NCBI GenBank assembly: GCA_016213235.1
Contig: JACRBE010000040.1
Coordinates: 811 to 64,810 of the forward strand
DNA length: 64,000 nucleotides
Source of the DNA: Chlamydiales bacterium
GTDB taxonomy: Bacteria > Chlamydiota > Chlamydiia > Chlamydiales > JACRBE01
Direction: 5' to 3'
A program made the position numbers and the translations under genes. Under the pieces are notes generated by a model. The model had not been told where the DNA came from and searched no databases. It was given only the letters and a program-made list of their open reading frames with translations. The stretch's first letter is position 1. Each line of letters opens with the position of its first letter. Below, piece after piece: positions 17,839 to 27,664 of this stretch.

Positions 17839-18212
17839 ATTAAGCCTTTTTCATGTTGTTCTTGCGCGCTAACCGTCATCGTTGCGTAAGGTACTGCCTC
17901 TAATCGTTTTTTTGGTATCGGATCTCCAGTCACATCGCACACGCCATAAGTGCCTTCTTCCATTTTTTCAAGGCAACGCTCAATTTGTCGTAAAATAGCG
18001 AGTTCTTTTCCGGAGACTTCTATGCTAATATTTCTAACAAAGTCATCGGTCCCCTCATCTGCTTGATGTTGAGAGTATCCCTTCCCTTCATTTTCTTTTA
18101 CGCTTTCAGAAGTTCCTTCTAGATCTTTGGTTAATTGCCTTTTTAATTTTTCCAGTACCTTTTTAAATCCTTCCATTTCTTGCTTGGAGAGTAAACTTTT
18201 TTTTGTTGCCAT
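17835..18212 (-). CDS. dksA: DksA/TraR-family C4 zinc-finger protein
   Basis: Coiled-coil N-terminus, then the YGVCDVTGDPIPKKRLEAVPYA finger region. Confidence 0.75.
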   Translation of the reverse strand: MATKKSLLSKQEMEGFKKVLEKLKRQLTKDLEGTSESVKENEGKGYSQHQADEGTDDFVRNISIEVSGKELAILRQIERCLEKMEEGTYGVCDVTGDPIPKKRLEAVPYATMTVSAQEQHEKGLI

Positions 18213-18230
18213 GAAAAAACACCTTATTTG

Positions 18231-18677
18231 TTATTCAGAAGCGGTTTGTATCGCATCCATTAATTCATCCATATCCTTGAATCGTTTATATACACAGGCG
18301 AACCGAATATATGCAATAGTATCTAATTTTTTTAGACGATCCATCACAATTTCTCCAATTTCTACCGAATCAATGTCGCGATTATTTTTTTCCATTAATT
18401 GTGCAGCAATATCGGATGCTAAAACCCTAACTTGATCGTAGCTGATTTGCGTGTTTCTACAGGAAGCGGCAATACCATGAATTAATTTGTCCAAGTTAAA
18501 GTCTTCATAGGTACCATTTCTTTTTTTGACTTGAACAGTAAGCTCGATTGTCTCAAAAGTAGTAAATCTTTTTTGACACTTTAGACACTCTCTTCTTCTT
18601 TTAATAGCGTTGGATTCTGGAGCATTTCTAGAATCCGTTACTTTAAATTCACTATGCCCACAAAACGGACACTTCAT
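18231..18677 (-). CDS. nrdR: Transcriptional repressor NrdR
   Basis: [17 protein letters not shown]...[16 protein letters not shown] zinc ribbon plus ATP-cone. The longer ORF to 18779 runs into the tRNA, so Met at 18677 is used. Confidence 0.9.
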   Translation of the reverse strand: MKCPFCGHSEFKVTDSRNAPESNAIKRRRECLKCQKRFTTFETIELTVQVKKRNGTYEDFNLDKLIHGIAASCRNTQISYDQVRVLASDIAAQLMEKNNRDIDSVEIGEIVMDRLKKLDTIAYIRFACVYKRFKDMDELMDAIQTASE

Positions 18678-18698
18678 CGTAGTATTCCTTAAGTTGAA

Positions 18699-18785
18699 CG
18701 GAAAAGGTGGGATTCGAACCCACGATACAATTTCTTGTATACACGCTTTCCAAGCGTGCTCCTTAAGCCACTCGGACACCTTTCC
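18699..18785 (-). tRNA. tRNA-Ser (anticodon GGA)
   Basis: Folds by hand: acceptor GGAAAGG/CTTTTCC, anticodon stem CACGC/GCGTG with loop TTGGAAA, long variable arm, T-arm GTGGG-TTCGAAT-CCCAC. No encoded CCA. Confidence 0.9.
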
Positions 18786-18897
18786 TTAATTTTCAAAAGT
18801 GTAGAATAATCCAGAAGGATACTACATCTGCAAAGGAAATTTTAGCAATCTTTTTATCTAGTAATGAGCAGAAACAAAAAAAGGGACTCTCTTTTTC

Positions 18898-20415
18898 TTA
18901 CCAATCCGAGCTTTGCCAGTCGTCTTCTAAATCAGGAGTGCTTATTGTCATCTCATATGCTTCACGTGTAGCGCTGTGGATAAATTCGCTTTCGATCGTG
19001 ATAGCCCTTTGACTTCCATCATGAGTAGTCGGTTCTATCCGATTGTATTGGGCGTATATCTTATCCGCAACATGCGCATGATATACCTCAAATAAATAAT
19101 CCCGATCTTCATCCTCTTCTAAAGATTTCCTTACCTCAAAGTAATCTTTAACATCTGATTCTTCCCAGGTAAATTCTGTAAATAATTTTTGTTGTTTCCA
19201 GGTAAGCTTTGCCAACTCTACATAAGTATCTAAAGCATACTTTCTAGACAATAAAGGCATCATTCTTATCGTCTCTATCTCTATGGGGATATCTTTCATT
19301 CTATTGTGCAGTAGAGGACTATCCCCCTCTTCTTGCAATCCTGCCGGGACATCTCCAGATTCTGTAGATTCCAGATGCGTTATTATTTTCTCTATCAAAC
19401 CCTCAATAACTACCAATAAAACAGGTTGTATTTTTTCCACATTTCCCTTTAGATCAATCCCCATTGATAGGATTTCCGTCTGTATTTTTTTGCATATATC
19501 ATCTATCCATCCAATGATTGTCTGCATTTCTTCCAGTGTCACGCTATACTTTATCAACTCGTTTACATCCCAAATAGAGATAGATTGTTTTATACGACCG
19601 ATATTCTCTTTAGGCATTGCAATGTTATACAAGTATTGCTTAATCCTATCTATGGTGTCTTTTGTCTTTGCATTCTCTTCTCTCTGTTCACTTGTTATCT
19701 GCATTTCTTCCAGAGTCTCGCTATACTTTATCAACCCGTTTATATCGAGAAAAAAGATCAACTGTTTTATATAAACGATATGCTCTTTAGGCACTTCCAT
19801 GTTATGCAAGTATAGATCAATCCTATCCATGATCTCTTTTCTCTCTGTCACCTCTTCTGTCACGGGTATCTCAGGTGTCTCAGCATCTTGCGTCTCATTT
19901 GTAGTGGCGCTAACATTATCTTCCTCTAGTACAGTACCTTTTTGTTCCAATTCTAGTTCCGATGAATGAGCTAAACATTTATCAGAAGAGAGCACCTTTT
20001 TGGTGGCAGCATCAATATATTGATAGTCTCCATCCTCATAATAAGCATAGGGAAGAGCTAGCTGTGAAATGCTATTGGCAACTAAATAACTGCCGAAAGA
20101 TAATTCAGATAAAGCTACAACATGAAATTCCCTCACATAAAATTCTTTACTACATTCAAAATAATATAATGGGAGTAAGACAATACCGATGATTTTTCTA
20201 ACTACGCCTTCAATCACATTAGCAATACCAAGTACGATTGCCGGAATAACAAAACAGACCCGTTTATATAAAGGCACATCTAGCTCTTCTCTTGAAGTTT
20301 CAGTAAATAAAAATTTACCTTCCTCTTCTGCAGGTTCAACATTGCCTATAATAACAAAACGGAGATCTCGCCAACCAACCAAAGGCTCCGTAACACATTT
20401 ATTTAAAAAATTCAC
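18898..20415 (-). CDS. Lineage-specific hypothetical protein, paralog A (hydrophobic N-terminal hairpin, acidic body, internal 59-aa tandem repeat)
   Basis: The first ~95 aa are about 80% identical to the 20593-21813 product. The C-terminal YALDTY.EL...W.E.(D/E)VK.Y.E.RK block is shared. Confidence 0.6.
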   Translation of the reverse strand: MNFLNKCVTEPLVGWRDLRFVIIGNVEPAEEEGKFLFTETSREELDVPLYKRVCFVIPAIVLGIANVIEGVVRKIIGIVLLPLYYFECSKEFYVREFHVVALSELSFGSYLVANSISQLALPYAYYEDGDYQYIDAATKKVLSSDKCLAHSSELELEQKGTVLEEDNVSATTNETQDAETPEIPVTEEVTERKEIMDRIDLYLHNMEVPKEHIVYIKQLIFFLDINGLIKYSETLEEMQITSEQREENAKTKDTIDRIKQYLYNIAMPKENIGRIKQSISIWDVNELIKYSVTLEEMQTIIGWIDDICKKIQTEILSMGIDLKGNVEKIQPVLLVVIEGLIEKIITHLESTESGDVPAGLQEEGDSPLLHNRMKDIPIEIETIRMMPLLSRKYALDTYVELAKLTWKQQKLFTEFTWEESDVKDYFEVRKSLEEDEDRDYLFEVYHAHVADKIYAQYNRIEPTTHDGSQRAITIESEFIHSATREAYEMTISTPDLEDDWQSSDW

Positions 20416-20539
20416 AAAACACCGAATTAACTATTTAATTTAAACGAACTATACTTGTTTTTATAAAAAAACACAAATCAATAAAAACGTTAATTAAGAA
20501 GGAACTATTAAGAGTTTTTACTTTGCAATCCATAGAAAC

Positions 20540-20564
20540 AAAAAAGGGAGACTCTCTGTCTCCC
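20540..20564 (-). terminator. Rho-independent terminator downstream of paralog B
   Basis: The minus strand reads GGGAGACagagaGTCTCCC followed by TTTTTT. Confidence 0.6.
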
Positions 20565-20592
20565 TTCTGTCTTAACTTAATCTAAACAATAT

Positions 20593-21813
20593 TTATTTAG
20601 ACAGAGGATCAACTACCTCTTCTTCATCTTCTATTCTTGGTAAACTGGTCTCTATTTCTGCATATGCCTGATCGATTATTGCAGATATCTCGCTGGCACC
20701 ACATTCATCCTCCTCTAATTGCTCTTCTATTTTTAGGGCAATTGCCTGGTGAAAGCGTTCCGCATCTTCACTGCTTAAAGTCTTTCTTAATTCAAGGTAA
20801 TGTTTCACCTCGTCTTCTCCCCATGTGCCTCTGGTAAATAATGTTAATCCTTTATCACTCAATGCAGTACTTAGCTCTATATAAGTATCTAAAGCATAGT
20901 TATAAGTCGATAAAGGCATTATTCCTACATCATAAATGTTTATCTCAGCTGTTGCCACTCTATTTTGTGATGGATCATCTGTCACATGTTCCTGTGAACA
21001 TGCTACAATACCAAGAATCTCTTCCTGGCTTGAATTCTCTAGCGCTTCTATTACTCGTTGCATGTAGTCATCAATAACTAGATATATAATCTCTTCCGCT
21101 TTTTTTGCATCCCGAGCCATGTTTTTTCCACCAGCTACCATTCGCATCTGCACTACGGTATATATCAGATCAACGGCTTTAAATATCGTTTCCATTTCCT
21201 CAGATGTGACTTGATGCAATGCTAGCGTAGCCAGATCTTTTTCACGTATGCTCGACCTCCAACAAGCAAGAGTATCATGTGATATCCCGATACTTTCGAA
21301 ATATTCCCCATTCACATTCTCTTCTACTGAAGGATCCTCTTGTTCTGACTCTGCTTCTGATAAAGGGATGAAAAATGGCCCAACATCAAGCGCCTGATCT
21401 GTAGCAGCATCAATATACCGATTCACTCCCTCTTCGTGACAAAAATATGGGAAAGCAAGCTGTATCATACTATTACCAACTAATAAACCTCCCAGATCCA
21501 ATTCGTCTGTTGCTACCATATTGAATTCTCTATTCCAAAATTCTTCACTACATTCAAAGCAAGATAATGGGAATAAAATGGTCCCAATGATTTTTCTAAC
21601 TGCACCTTCAATCAAATTAGCAACACCAAGCATGATTGCTGGAATAACAAAACTGACCCGTTTGTATAAAGGCGCATCTAGTTCTTCTCTTGAAGTTTCA
21701 GTAAATAAAAATTTTTCTTTCTCTTCTGCAGGTTCGACATTGCCTGTAATAACACAATGAAGATCTCTCCAATCAATCAAAGGCTGCGTAACACATTTAT
21801 TTAAAAAATTCAT
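20593..21813 (-). CDS. Lineage-specific hypothetical protein, paralog B
   Basis: It shares the MNFLNKCVT.PL..WRDL N-terminus and the hydrophobic segment FVIPAI.LG.AN.IEG.VRKIIG with paralog A. Confidence 0.6.
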   Translation of the reverse strand: MNFLNKCVTQPLIDWRDLHCVITGNVEPAEEKEKFLFTETSREELDAPLYKRVSFVIPAIMLGVANLIEGAVRKIIGTILFPLSCFECSEEFWNREFNMVATDELDLGGLLVGNSMIQLAFPYFCHEEGVNRYIDAATDQALDVGPFFIPLSEAESEQEDPSVEENVNGEYFESIGISHDTLACWRSSIREKDLATLALHQVTSEEMETIFKAVDLIYTVVQMRMVAGGKNMARDAKKAEEIIYLVIDDYMQRVIEALENSSQEEILGIVACSQEHVTDDPSQNRVATAEINIYDVGIMPLSTYNYALDTYIELSTALSDKGLTLFTRGTWGEDEVKHYLELRKTLSSEDAERFHQAIALKIEEQLEEDECGASEISAIIDQAYAEIETSLPRIEDEEEVVDPLSK

Positions 21814-22114
21814 AAAATACCTATTTTAATTGTTTTATTTTTATCTATTATGCTTATTTTTATAAAAAAATGGAGAAAATATTAACAACTGACAAAATTA
21901 AATAATTTTATATATATAATTAGCTTGTTGTTACAATAAAAATAAAATTACAATTCGACAATCCAAGGAATCATAGAGGAAAAGGCGCCTGTTATAGCTC
22001 TTGCAGATATACAAGATCCTCTCGCACAGTTGGAAACTCTTGAATCCAAAAGAAAATGCCTTTGATAATTGCCTATTATGCTATGATATTCAGAAATTGT
22101 TTTAGGTCATTTTT

Positions 22115-22972
22115 ATGAAGCAATGGGCGCTATCCCTCTTACTGCTATTTACAAGCTGCGGCTCTAATGCACCTCAAAAACCGATTGTGCTGGTTAGCGT
22201 TTCCCCTTACCAAACCATACTAAAAGAAATAGCAGGAGATACGATAGATGTGTTTCCTATTGTACCCGTTGGCTTTAACCCTCATCTGTTTGAACCTAGT
22301 CCCAAAGATGCTATGCGCTGTGAACATGCTACGCTATTATTTGGTATTGGAGAGGTGTTTGAACATAAATTAACCAAGGTAATTTCTCAGGAAAACCCTT
22401 CTTTTGTTTATGTGAATCTAACGCAGTCATTACCATATTTGATTTATGAAGATCACCATCATGAACATGATTCCCATTCTCATGATGCTGCTTATGATGT
22501 CCATATATGGATGGACCCTGTATTGATGTCTATTCAAGTGGATACTATTGAGAAATGCTTAAGTAAGGCCTTTCCCGAACATCAACGGGTCTATGCACAA
22601 AATGCAGAAACATTAAAAAACAGATTAGATCGTTTAAATATTACCTTAAAAGAAATACTTGCTCCTTATGCAAATACCAGCGTTGTACTATCTCACCCCT
22701 CCCTCGCTTATTTTTGTAAGCAATATCATCTCAATCAAATGACACTGGAAATCGAAGGGAAAGAGCCTCTGCCAAAAGAACTCGAACGTATCTTGGGGCA
22801 GATAGAATCCACTTCTGTTCGGTGTGTGTTTGTTCAAGCAGGCTTTAATAATAAAGGAGCCGCGATTGTTGCGGAAAAACTTCATCTTCCTATTTATACC
22901 ATTGACCCTAATGCTCCGGATTACGAAAATAATCTACAAAAGATAGCAAAAGAAATCGCAGGTCTTTCATGA
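22115..22972 (+). CDS. Metal (Zn/Mn) ABC transporter substrate-binding lipoprotein, ZnuA/TroA family
   Basis: Lipobox LLFTSCG, cluster-9 SBP layout, and a His-rich loop HHHEHDSHSHD. Confidence 0.8.
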   Translation: MKQWALSLLLLFTSCGSNAPQKPIVLVSVSPYQTILKEIAGDTIDVFPIVPVGFNPHLFEPSPKDAMRCEHATLLFGIGEVFEHKLTKVISQENPSFVYVNLTQSLPYLIYEDHHHEHDSHSHDAAYDVHIWMDPVLMSIQVDTIEKCLSKAFPEHQRVYAQNAETLKNRLDRLNITLKEILAPYANTSVVLSHPSLAYFCKQYHLNQMTLEIEGKEPLPKELERILGQIESTSVRCVFVQAGFNNKGAAIVAEKLHLPIYTIDPNAPDYENNLQKIAKEIAGLS

Positions 22973-23676
22973 TTTATTTTAACAATGTCTCCTTTAACTA
23001 TTTTCAAGAGCCAGCTCTTAGCAATGTATCATTTACAATCAATCAAAACGAATTTATTGGGATTATTGGACCAAATGGCGGGGGAAAAACAACCTTGCTA
23101 AACTTATTACTTGGATTTCTAACTCCAACAAACGGATCTATTTCTATTCACAAACAGCCCGCATCACTTGCCCGCAAAACGATCGGTTATGTACCACAAA
23201 AAAGATTCTTTGACCTTTCTTTTCCTATATCTGTAATGGAAGTTGTATTAATGGGCGCATTGTCTCATCTCAATCATATGGGACGCTATCCTGCCATAAT
23301 CAAAGAAAAAGCTAAATATCTGCTTGATCAATTTGAGCTCGACACATTGAAAGATCACCCTTTTGGACAATTATCCGGAGGGCAAATGCAAAAAACATTA
23401 ATAGCAAGAGCTTTGATCTCTGATCCTACAATACTAGTGCTAGATGAACCAACAGCTAGCGTAGATCCACATGCGGAAGAAAACTTATATCAGTTGTTGC
23501 TAACATTAAAACACAAGAAAACTATTTTTATTGTTACACATGAAGTCCCCGGAATACTACCACAAGTCGATCGCGTCCTTTACGTAAATAAACAAGCTCA
23601 TTTCATCCCAAAACAAAACGTATGTTCCCACGTTGCGATGGGACTGTATCATGAGCCAGAGAGGAACAATAGATGA
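22969..23676 (+). CDS. Metal ABC transporter ATP-binding protein
   Basis: Walker A GPNGGGKTT, signature LSGGQ, Walker B LVLDEP. Confidence 0.85.
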   Translation: MIYFNNVSFNYFQEPALSNVSFTINQNEFIGIIGPNGGGKTTLLNLLLGFLTPTNGSISIHKQPASLARKTIGYVPQKRFFDLSFPISVMEVVLMGALSHLNHMGRYPAIIKEKAKYLLDQFELDTLKDHPFGQLSGGQMQKTLIARALISDPTILVLDEPTASVDPHAEENLYQLLLTLKHKKTIFIVTHEVPGILPQVDRVLYVNKQAHFIPKQNVCSHVAMGLYHEPERNNR

Positions 23677-24518
23677 TTTCCTATTTTTTACTAATGGCAA
23701 TCTGCGCATCTATTATCGCCTCATTTTCAGCTGGCATCGTTGGCTGCTACGTTGTTGTTAAGCGAATCGTCTTTATCAGTGGTAGCATTGCCCATTCTGT
23801 ACTTGGAGGTATGGGATTGTTTTTATTTTTAAAAAGAAAATATGAATTATCGTTTTTATCCCCTACTTATGGTGCTTTATTAATGGCTATTTTTTCTGCT
23901 ATTTTTATTGGCTGGATTCACTTAAAACATCGACAAAGAGAAGATACTGTCATCGCTGCCATTTGGGCCCTAGGAATGTCTCTCGGGGTGATCTTTGTTT
24001 CGCTAACACCAGGATATAATGTCGATTTAATGAATTTTTTATTTGGTAATATTATTTGGACCTCCACACAAGATTTGTGGTTACTCTTTTTCCTCGATAT
24101 CTTCGTGCTGGTTGTAACATTTTTCTTTCACAAAAAATTTCTTGCTATTTGTTTTGATGAAATACAAGCACAAATGCAAGGTATTAATGTAAAAAAAATT
24201 TATTTCTTACTATTAACACTCATTGCAATTGTTGTGGTGCTCCTCATTCAAGTCATCGGATCCATCCTAGTTATTGCTATGCTATGTATCCCCGCTGCCA
24301 TTGCTAATCAATTTACAAATAGACTCTCTCATATGATGGTTGTTGCCGTTATCGCAAGTAGCATATCGAGCATCCTCGGCACTACTCTAGCCTATGTAGT
24401 TAATTGGCCTCCTGGCTCTACCATTGCGCTGTTTACAACCATCAGTTATCTCCTCATTACCAAGTTAAAACAAATGCTGACAAATCAAGGTTTGACAAAA
24501 CAAATAGGGAACAAATAA
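23673..24518 (+). CDS. Metal ABC transporter permease (ZnuB/TroC-like)
   Basis: 8-9 TM helices. The gene is coupled to the ATPase gene by a 4-nt overlap. Confidence 0.8.
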   Translation: MISYFLLMAICASIIASFSAGIVGCYVVVKRIVFISGSIAHSVLGGMGLFLFLKRKYELSFLSPTYGALLMAIFSAIFIGWIHLKHRQREDTVIAAIWALGMSLGVIFVSLTPGYNVDLMNFLFGNIIWTSTQDLWLLFFLDIFVLVVTFFFHKKFLAICFDEIQAQMQGINVKKIYFLLLTLIAIVVVLLIQVIGSILVIAMLCIPAAIANQFTNRLSHMMVVAVIASSISSILGTTLAYVVNWPPGSTIALFTTISYLLITKLKQMLTNQGLTKQIGNK

Positions 24519-24608
24519 TTTTTATAACCTTATTTCGATTGACTTTTCTTGTTATTTTCTCTAAAATCTCCCCATATTTGAAACTTATCCAAATAGAAAA
24601 GGCAAACT

Positions 24609-24923
24609 ATGTACGCAATTATTGAAACTGGCGGCAAGCAATATCGGATTCAAAAAGGTGATATTATTGACGTAGCATTACTCGGAGACGAAAAAGAAGT
24701 AACATTTTCTTCTGTCCTTCTGATCCAAGATGGTTCTAATATCCAAATGGGAGCTCCTTACGTAGCAAAATCCTCTGTAACCGCACAAGTACTCGGGATT
24801 GTAAAAGGACCAAAGGTAATTTCTTTTAAAATTAAAAAAAGAAAAAACTCTCGTAGAAAAGTAGGACATCGTCAACACTACTCAAGAGTACAGATTACAG
24901 ATATTGTGAAAGGAGAGAAATAA
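24609..24923 (+). CDS. rplU: 50S ribosomal protein L21
   Basis: [18 protein letters not shown]... and ..[11 protein letters not shown]. Confidence 0.95.
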   Translation: MYAIIETGGKQYRIQKGDIIDVALLGDEKEVTFSSVLLIQDGSNIQMGAPYVAKSSVTAQVLGIVKGPKVISFKIKKRKNSRRKVGHRQHYSRVQITDIVKGEK

Positions 24924-25177
24924 TGGCTCATAAGAAAGGTCAAGGATCGACTCGAAATGGACGTGATTCACGCAGTCAGCGCAGAGGAATTAAAGCTTGC
25001 CACGGAGAATTTGTTCGTGCTGGTAACATTTTAGTTCGTCAATGTGGAACACAATGGTATCCTGGTAAAAACACACAATTAGGTAGTGATTATACTATTT
25101 TTGCTCTTGTAGATGGCGTTGTCTCTTTCCGCAAATCCAATAGAACTGTTGTCTCTATTATTCCTGTGAGCGAATAA
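24923..25177 (+). CDS. rpmA: 50S ribosomal protein L27
   Basis: [16 protein letters not shown]... Confidence 0.95.
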   Translation: MAHKKGQGSTRNGRDSRSQRRGIKACHGEFVRAGNILVRQCGTQWYPGKNTQLGSDYTIFALVDGVVSFRKSNRTVVSIIPVSE

Positions 25178-25178
25178 T

Positions 25179-26192
25179 ATGTTTACCGACGGGGTTAAAC
25201 TAAAACTGGCTGCAGGCAAAGGCGGCAATGGCGTTGTTGCCTTTACAAGGGAGAAGTTTATCCCCAAGGGTGGTCCTTCTGGTGGCAATGGTGGTAAGGG
25301 CGGCAGCATTATCATTAAAAGTTCTCATCATATTTATTCTTTAGATCATTTTAGACATATTTTTCATGTATCTGCTGAAAATGGCGCTCAAGGGGGCTCT
25401 AATTTAAAAACAGGGAAAAATGGAGTAGATCTTATTCTAGAAGTCCCCTGTGGTACGATAGTGAAAGACTCTCATAGCAATGAAATACTAAAAGATTTTA
25501 CTGAACCAAATGACTCTCTTGTAATTTGTAAAGGAGGAGTAGGTGGCAAGGGAAATAACTGTTTTAAATCTCCTACAAATCGCGCTCCTTATCAATCTAC
25601 TTCAGGAAAAATGGGAGAAGAGATCGATGTGATGTTAGACTTAAAATTGATTGCTGATGTTGGCTTTGTTGGGTTTCCAAATGCCGGAAAATCTACCCTT
25701 TTCTCTGCCATGACCACAAAACCGGTGAAAATAGGAAACTATCCCTTTACAACTCTTGTACCTAATATCGGATATATAGAATTTGACGACTATTCTAGGA
25801 TACATCTTGCAGACATCCCCGGAATTATCGAGGATGCCCACAAAGATAAAGGTTTAGGTCTTGCATTTTTAAAGCATATCGAACGAAGTAGCGTCCTCGT
25901 CTATGTCATCGATATGAGCGCAACCGATGGTAGGAGTCCCATCGAGGATTTTTTTACGTTGTATAAAGAGCTCAAATCCTATTTGATCGACCTCACTCAT
26001 AAACCATTCCTCGTGGTCCTCAATCAGATCGACAGATATGAGTCTGAGACCTTGATCAGTGATTTCTATGCGAAATTCCCCTTCGAACATAAGCACCTCT
26101 TTCAATTATCAGCCAAAACTGGCCAGGGTTTATCTTCTTTTATCCAAGCTATGCGCGATATTGCACAAGCGGATGGCAAACGATTTAAATAG
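25179..26192 (+). CDS. obg: GTPase Obg/CgtA
   Basis: Gly-rich Obg fold (GGNGGKGGS), then the G-domain motifs GFPNAGKST and DIPG. Confidence 0.9.
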   Translation: MFTDGVKLKLAAGKGGNGVVAFTREKFIPKGGPSGGNGGKGGSIIIKSSHHIYSLDHFRHIFHVSAENGAQGGSNLKTGKNGVDLILEVPCGTIVKDSHSNEILKDFTEPNDSLVICKGGVGGKGNNCFKSPTNRAPYQSTSGKMGEEIDVMLDLKLIADVGFVGFPNAGKSTLFSAMTTKPVKIGNYPFTTLVPNIGYIEFDDYSRIHLADIPGIIEDAHKDKGLGLAFLKHIERSSVLVYVIDMSATDGRSPIEDFFTLYKELKSYLIDLTHKPFLVVLNQIDRYESETLISDFYAKFPFEHKHLFQLSAKTGQGLSSFIQAMRDIAQADGKRFK

Positions 26193-26764
26193 ACAATGAA
26201 ATGCGTTTCTCACGCTTGAAGCGCCTGTTAGCGACTTTAAAAAGGGGACGATAAACGGAAGATCTTTCATTTTTATTGCTATTATTAGACATATATTCCT
26301 CCTTTATGAATTTGGAAGTCCAAGGCAAGCTAATTGCCCATCTTGTTTTAACTTCCTAACTTTGGTGTAATCCAAAATATGGAATAAAGCAAGGAAAAAT
26401 CGAATTAAACACTTAATTTAACAAATATTGTTTTTATATTTAAACAAACACAACTAACGACAACTAATTTATTTAAAAATTAATTAATTGTCTAATAATG
26501 CGCTTTTTATAAAGAAATATATAAACATTTTTTCAACATTCTTCTCCTGTATCTTGCATAGATCCCTATACCATAATGTGTTATGAATTATAACTCCGAT
26601 TAAACATAATGCCTCTTTCTTGTTGAATAATGGCTTATTATTAAATACTTAACTAAGTAAAAACTTTATTACAATACATAAATAAATTAACACATTTCAA
26701 GTTAATTAGTTAATAACGTATAATATGTGTAATTTTAATTATTACAAATAATAATAGGGGTTTT

Positions 26765-27664
26765 ATGGAAATATTAACTAGTCCCTTAGCAATGGGATCT
26801 TTAAGCCTTTCTGTAGCATTAGATACTATTCCACCTTGCGTAGGAAAAGATGACTTTGGCCACCGACTATTTTTAGTAACAAACGAAAAGGGGCAAGAAA
26901 AAACCCTTTCCATTTTAGCAAAAAAACCAATTACGGGTAATGTAGCCATTGGTGTTTCTGGTTTTTTTACTTTAAATGCTGTTGCAGTTAGAGGAAGAGA
27001 ATCCAAAGAAAATACAGCTGACATTGATACCATCATTATGATTGATAGAAGTATTCGAGTGGAGCATTTTTGGCAACATATGCAAGGAATTATGAGATCG
27101 TCTAGAAGCAAAGAAGAGGTCGTTATCAAAATTATAGCCCTGATAAATGATAATGCTAGATTGTATTTCAGAAATGATCATTCAATTCCTCCTGATGTGG
27201 CAGCAAGATCAATGATAAGCAATTTTATTAATGAAATTCGCGACTCTAAAAGCTGGTTATCCAATGATATTTCCTTTCATAAAGTAAAAAAAATATTTGA
27301 TAACGGTGGTTTTATTTTTAAAAGAATGGATTTATTGGACTTTGAATCTTTTGCAAAGGTTGCTGATAGTATTGCAGATAATGAGCTGTCTATTGACTTT
27401 GCTTATATTTCTAATGTTGCAGAGTATGTGGATCACTCTTCAAAATTTAAATATTTTCTGCGTTCGGTTAGCCATATTACACAACCAGAGACCCTCGTTA
27501 TTCAGACACGACCTCGCCCATGCGTAGCCTGTTGTCCTTTGGTCCAATGTATTAGAAAAACTCATGGGGCACCTGCTAAAGACTTGTTTCTTTCTTCTGT
27601 TAGTGATCCTTGTGGTCATAGATCATTTTTCACAACACCTGAAAACACTGGCAGAACTGCTTAA
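26765..27664 (+). CDS. Orphan hypothetical protein (candidate effector), Cys-rich C-terminus
   Basis: 299-aa ORF preceded by 570 bp of very AT-rich DNA and followed directly by an IS30 remnant. No confident motif. Confidence 0.5.
   Translation: MEILTSPLAMGSLSLSVALDTIPPCVGKDDFGHRLFLVTNEKGQEKTLSILAKKPITGNVAIGVSGFFTLNAVAVRGRESKENTADIDTIIMIDRSIRVEHFWQHMQGIMRSSRSKEEVVIKIIALINDNARLYFRNDHSIPPDVAARSMISNFINEIRDSKSWLSNDISFHKVKKIFDNGGFIFKRMDLLDFESFAKVADSIADNELSIDFAYISNVAEYVDHSSKFKYFLRSVSHITQPETLVIQTRPRPCVACCPLVQCIRKTHGAPAKDLFLSSVSDPCGHRSFFTTPENTGRTA

Noticed and set aside
18678-18779. N-terminal 34-codon extension of the NrdR ORF (track start 18779)
   Set aside because: It overlaps the tRNA-Ser gene (18699-18785). 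The canonical NrdR zinc ribbon starts at the Met at 18677.
18860-18897. Possible terminator downstream of paralog A (aaaaaaagggactctcttttt)
   Set aside because: Unlike the homologous site after paralog B, the stem is disrupted and no convincing hairpin forms.
25079-25315. 78-aa minus-strand ORF with PPLPPLPP repeats
   Set aside because: It is the antisense reading of the Gly-rich (GGNGGKGG) Obg fold region and the end of rpmA, so it is a compositional artefact.
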